A stretch of 64,000 nt of DNA from the human T2T-CHM13v2.0 reference genome, Homo sapiens: the NCBI RefSeq assembly GCF_009914755.1, contig NC_060942.1, one strand, 5' to 3'. Below the pieces are notes generated by a model that did not search any database, had not been told where the DNA came from, and saw nothing but the letters and a program-made list of their open reading frames with translations. Within the stretch, counting starts at the first letter, position 1. Every line of letters starts with the position of its first letter. Positions 63,440 through 64,000 of this stretch are shown here, in pieces. Both the position numbers and the translations under genes were made by a program.

Positions 63440-64000
63440 CTTTTAAATATATTGTGTGTTCTTTACTTGTTCTTTTACTAATTTATCCATTTGCTTCTAG
63501 ATTGGATGAATATTACTTTTAGTTTTTCTTTTTTCATAAGACACAATTGTCTGAACACTTAATAGCCTGAAAATATCGATCTATCAAATGCCTTTGGACA
63601 TACCTAACAGTTTTAAATGAAAAGAAATTTTCATTCTTTTGACAATTTTCTCATTGTCAAATGAGAAAAGAAATTTTCTTATTGATCATATTGAAAATAT
63701 GAACAATGTACACAGTACTCTACCATCTTCTAACTTTGAATGTTGCTGTGGAGAAGTTTAGAGCCAGTCTACTTTTTCTGCCTTTACAGGGGAGATGATT
63801 TTTTAATTTTTTTGGCTTATATGCCATTAAGATTATTTTTTTACATTTGAAGTCCAATAATATTACCAGAACATATCTCTGGAGTGATACATATCAATTT
63901 TCCCTGGGAAATAATTTCCCCCATCAATTTTTAGATTTTAGGCTTTATTTTTCACCTGGAAATTTTCTTGAGTTATATCTTTTTTTTCTCATTTATTGGT
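63440..64000 (-). mobile_element. Old L1M fragment
   Basis: GAATGTTGCTGTGGAGAAGT...GCCAGTCT; GGAAATTTTCTTG. Confidence 0.55.

Overview
AT-rich, CpG-depleted primate (very probably human) genomic DNA with no recognisable host protein-coding exon, RNA gene or CpG island, so it reads as intergenic or deep-intronic. Most of it is nested interspersed repeats. A full-length L1PB1-like LINE (6785-17388, TSD-flanked) sits in an older L1MC4-like element and is interrupted by a deleted Alu and a 5'-truncated L1PA3-like copy. There is also a two-LTR, internally deleted MER66-type ERV1 provirus (35238-39760, ATTG TSD) with integrase and env remnants. The rest includes about a dozen solo LTRs (MER61, MER4, MER50, LTR9, LOR1a, MER21 x2, MER66B, MST/THE1/MLT1), 12 Alu-derived elements, MIR/L2 relics and an Arthur1-like hAT transposon. 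All recognisable ORFs are repeat-derived. I found no evidence of a new multi-gene system. The best second-look items are a ~110-bp fold-back at 3338-3445, a probable L1 3' transduction, an ectopic ORF1/ORF2-junction copy inside the L1PB1, two templated-repair-like scars, and splice signals at 60.7-61.0 kb. Subfamily names come from recalled consensus motifs, not a RepeatMasker run, and boundaries of ancient repeats are approximate.
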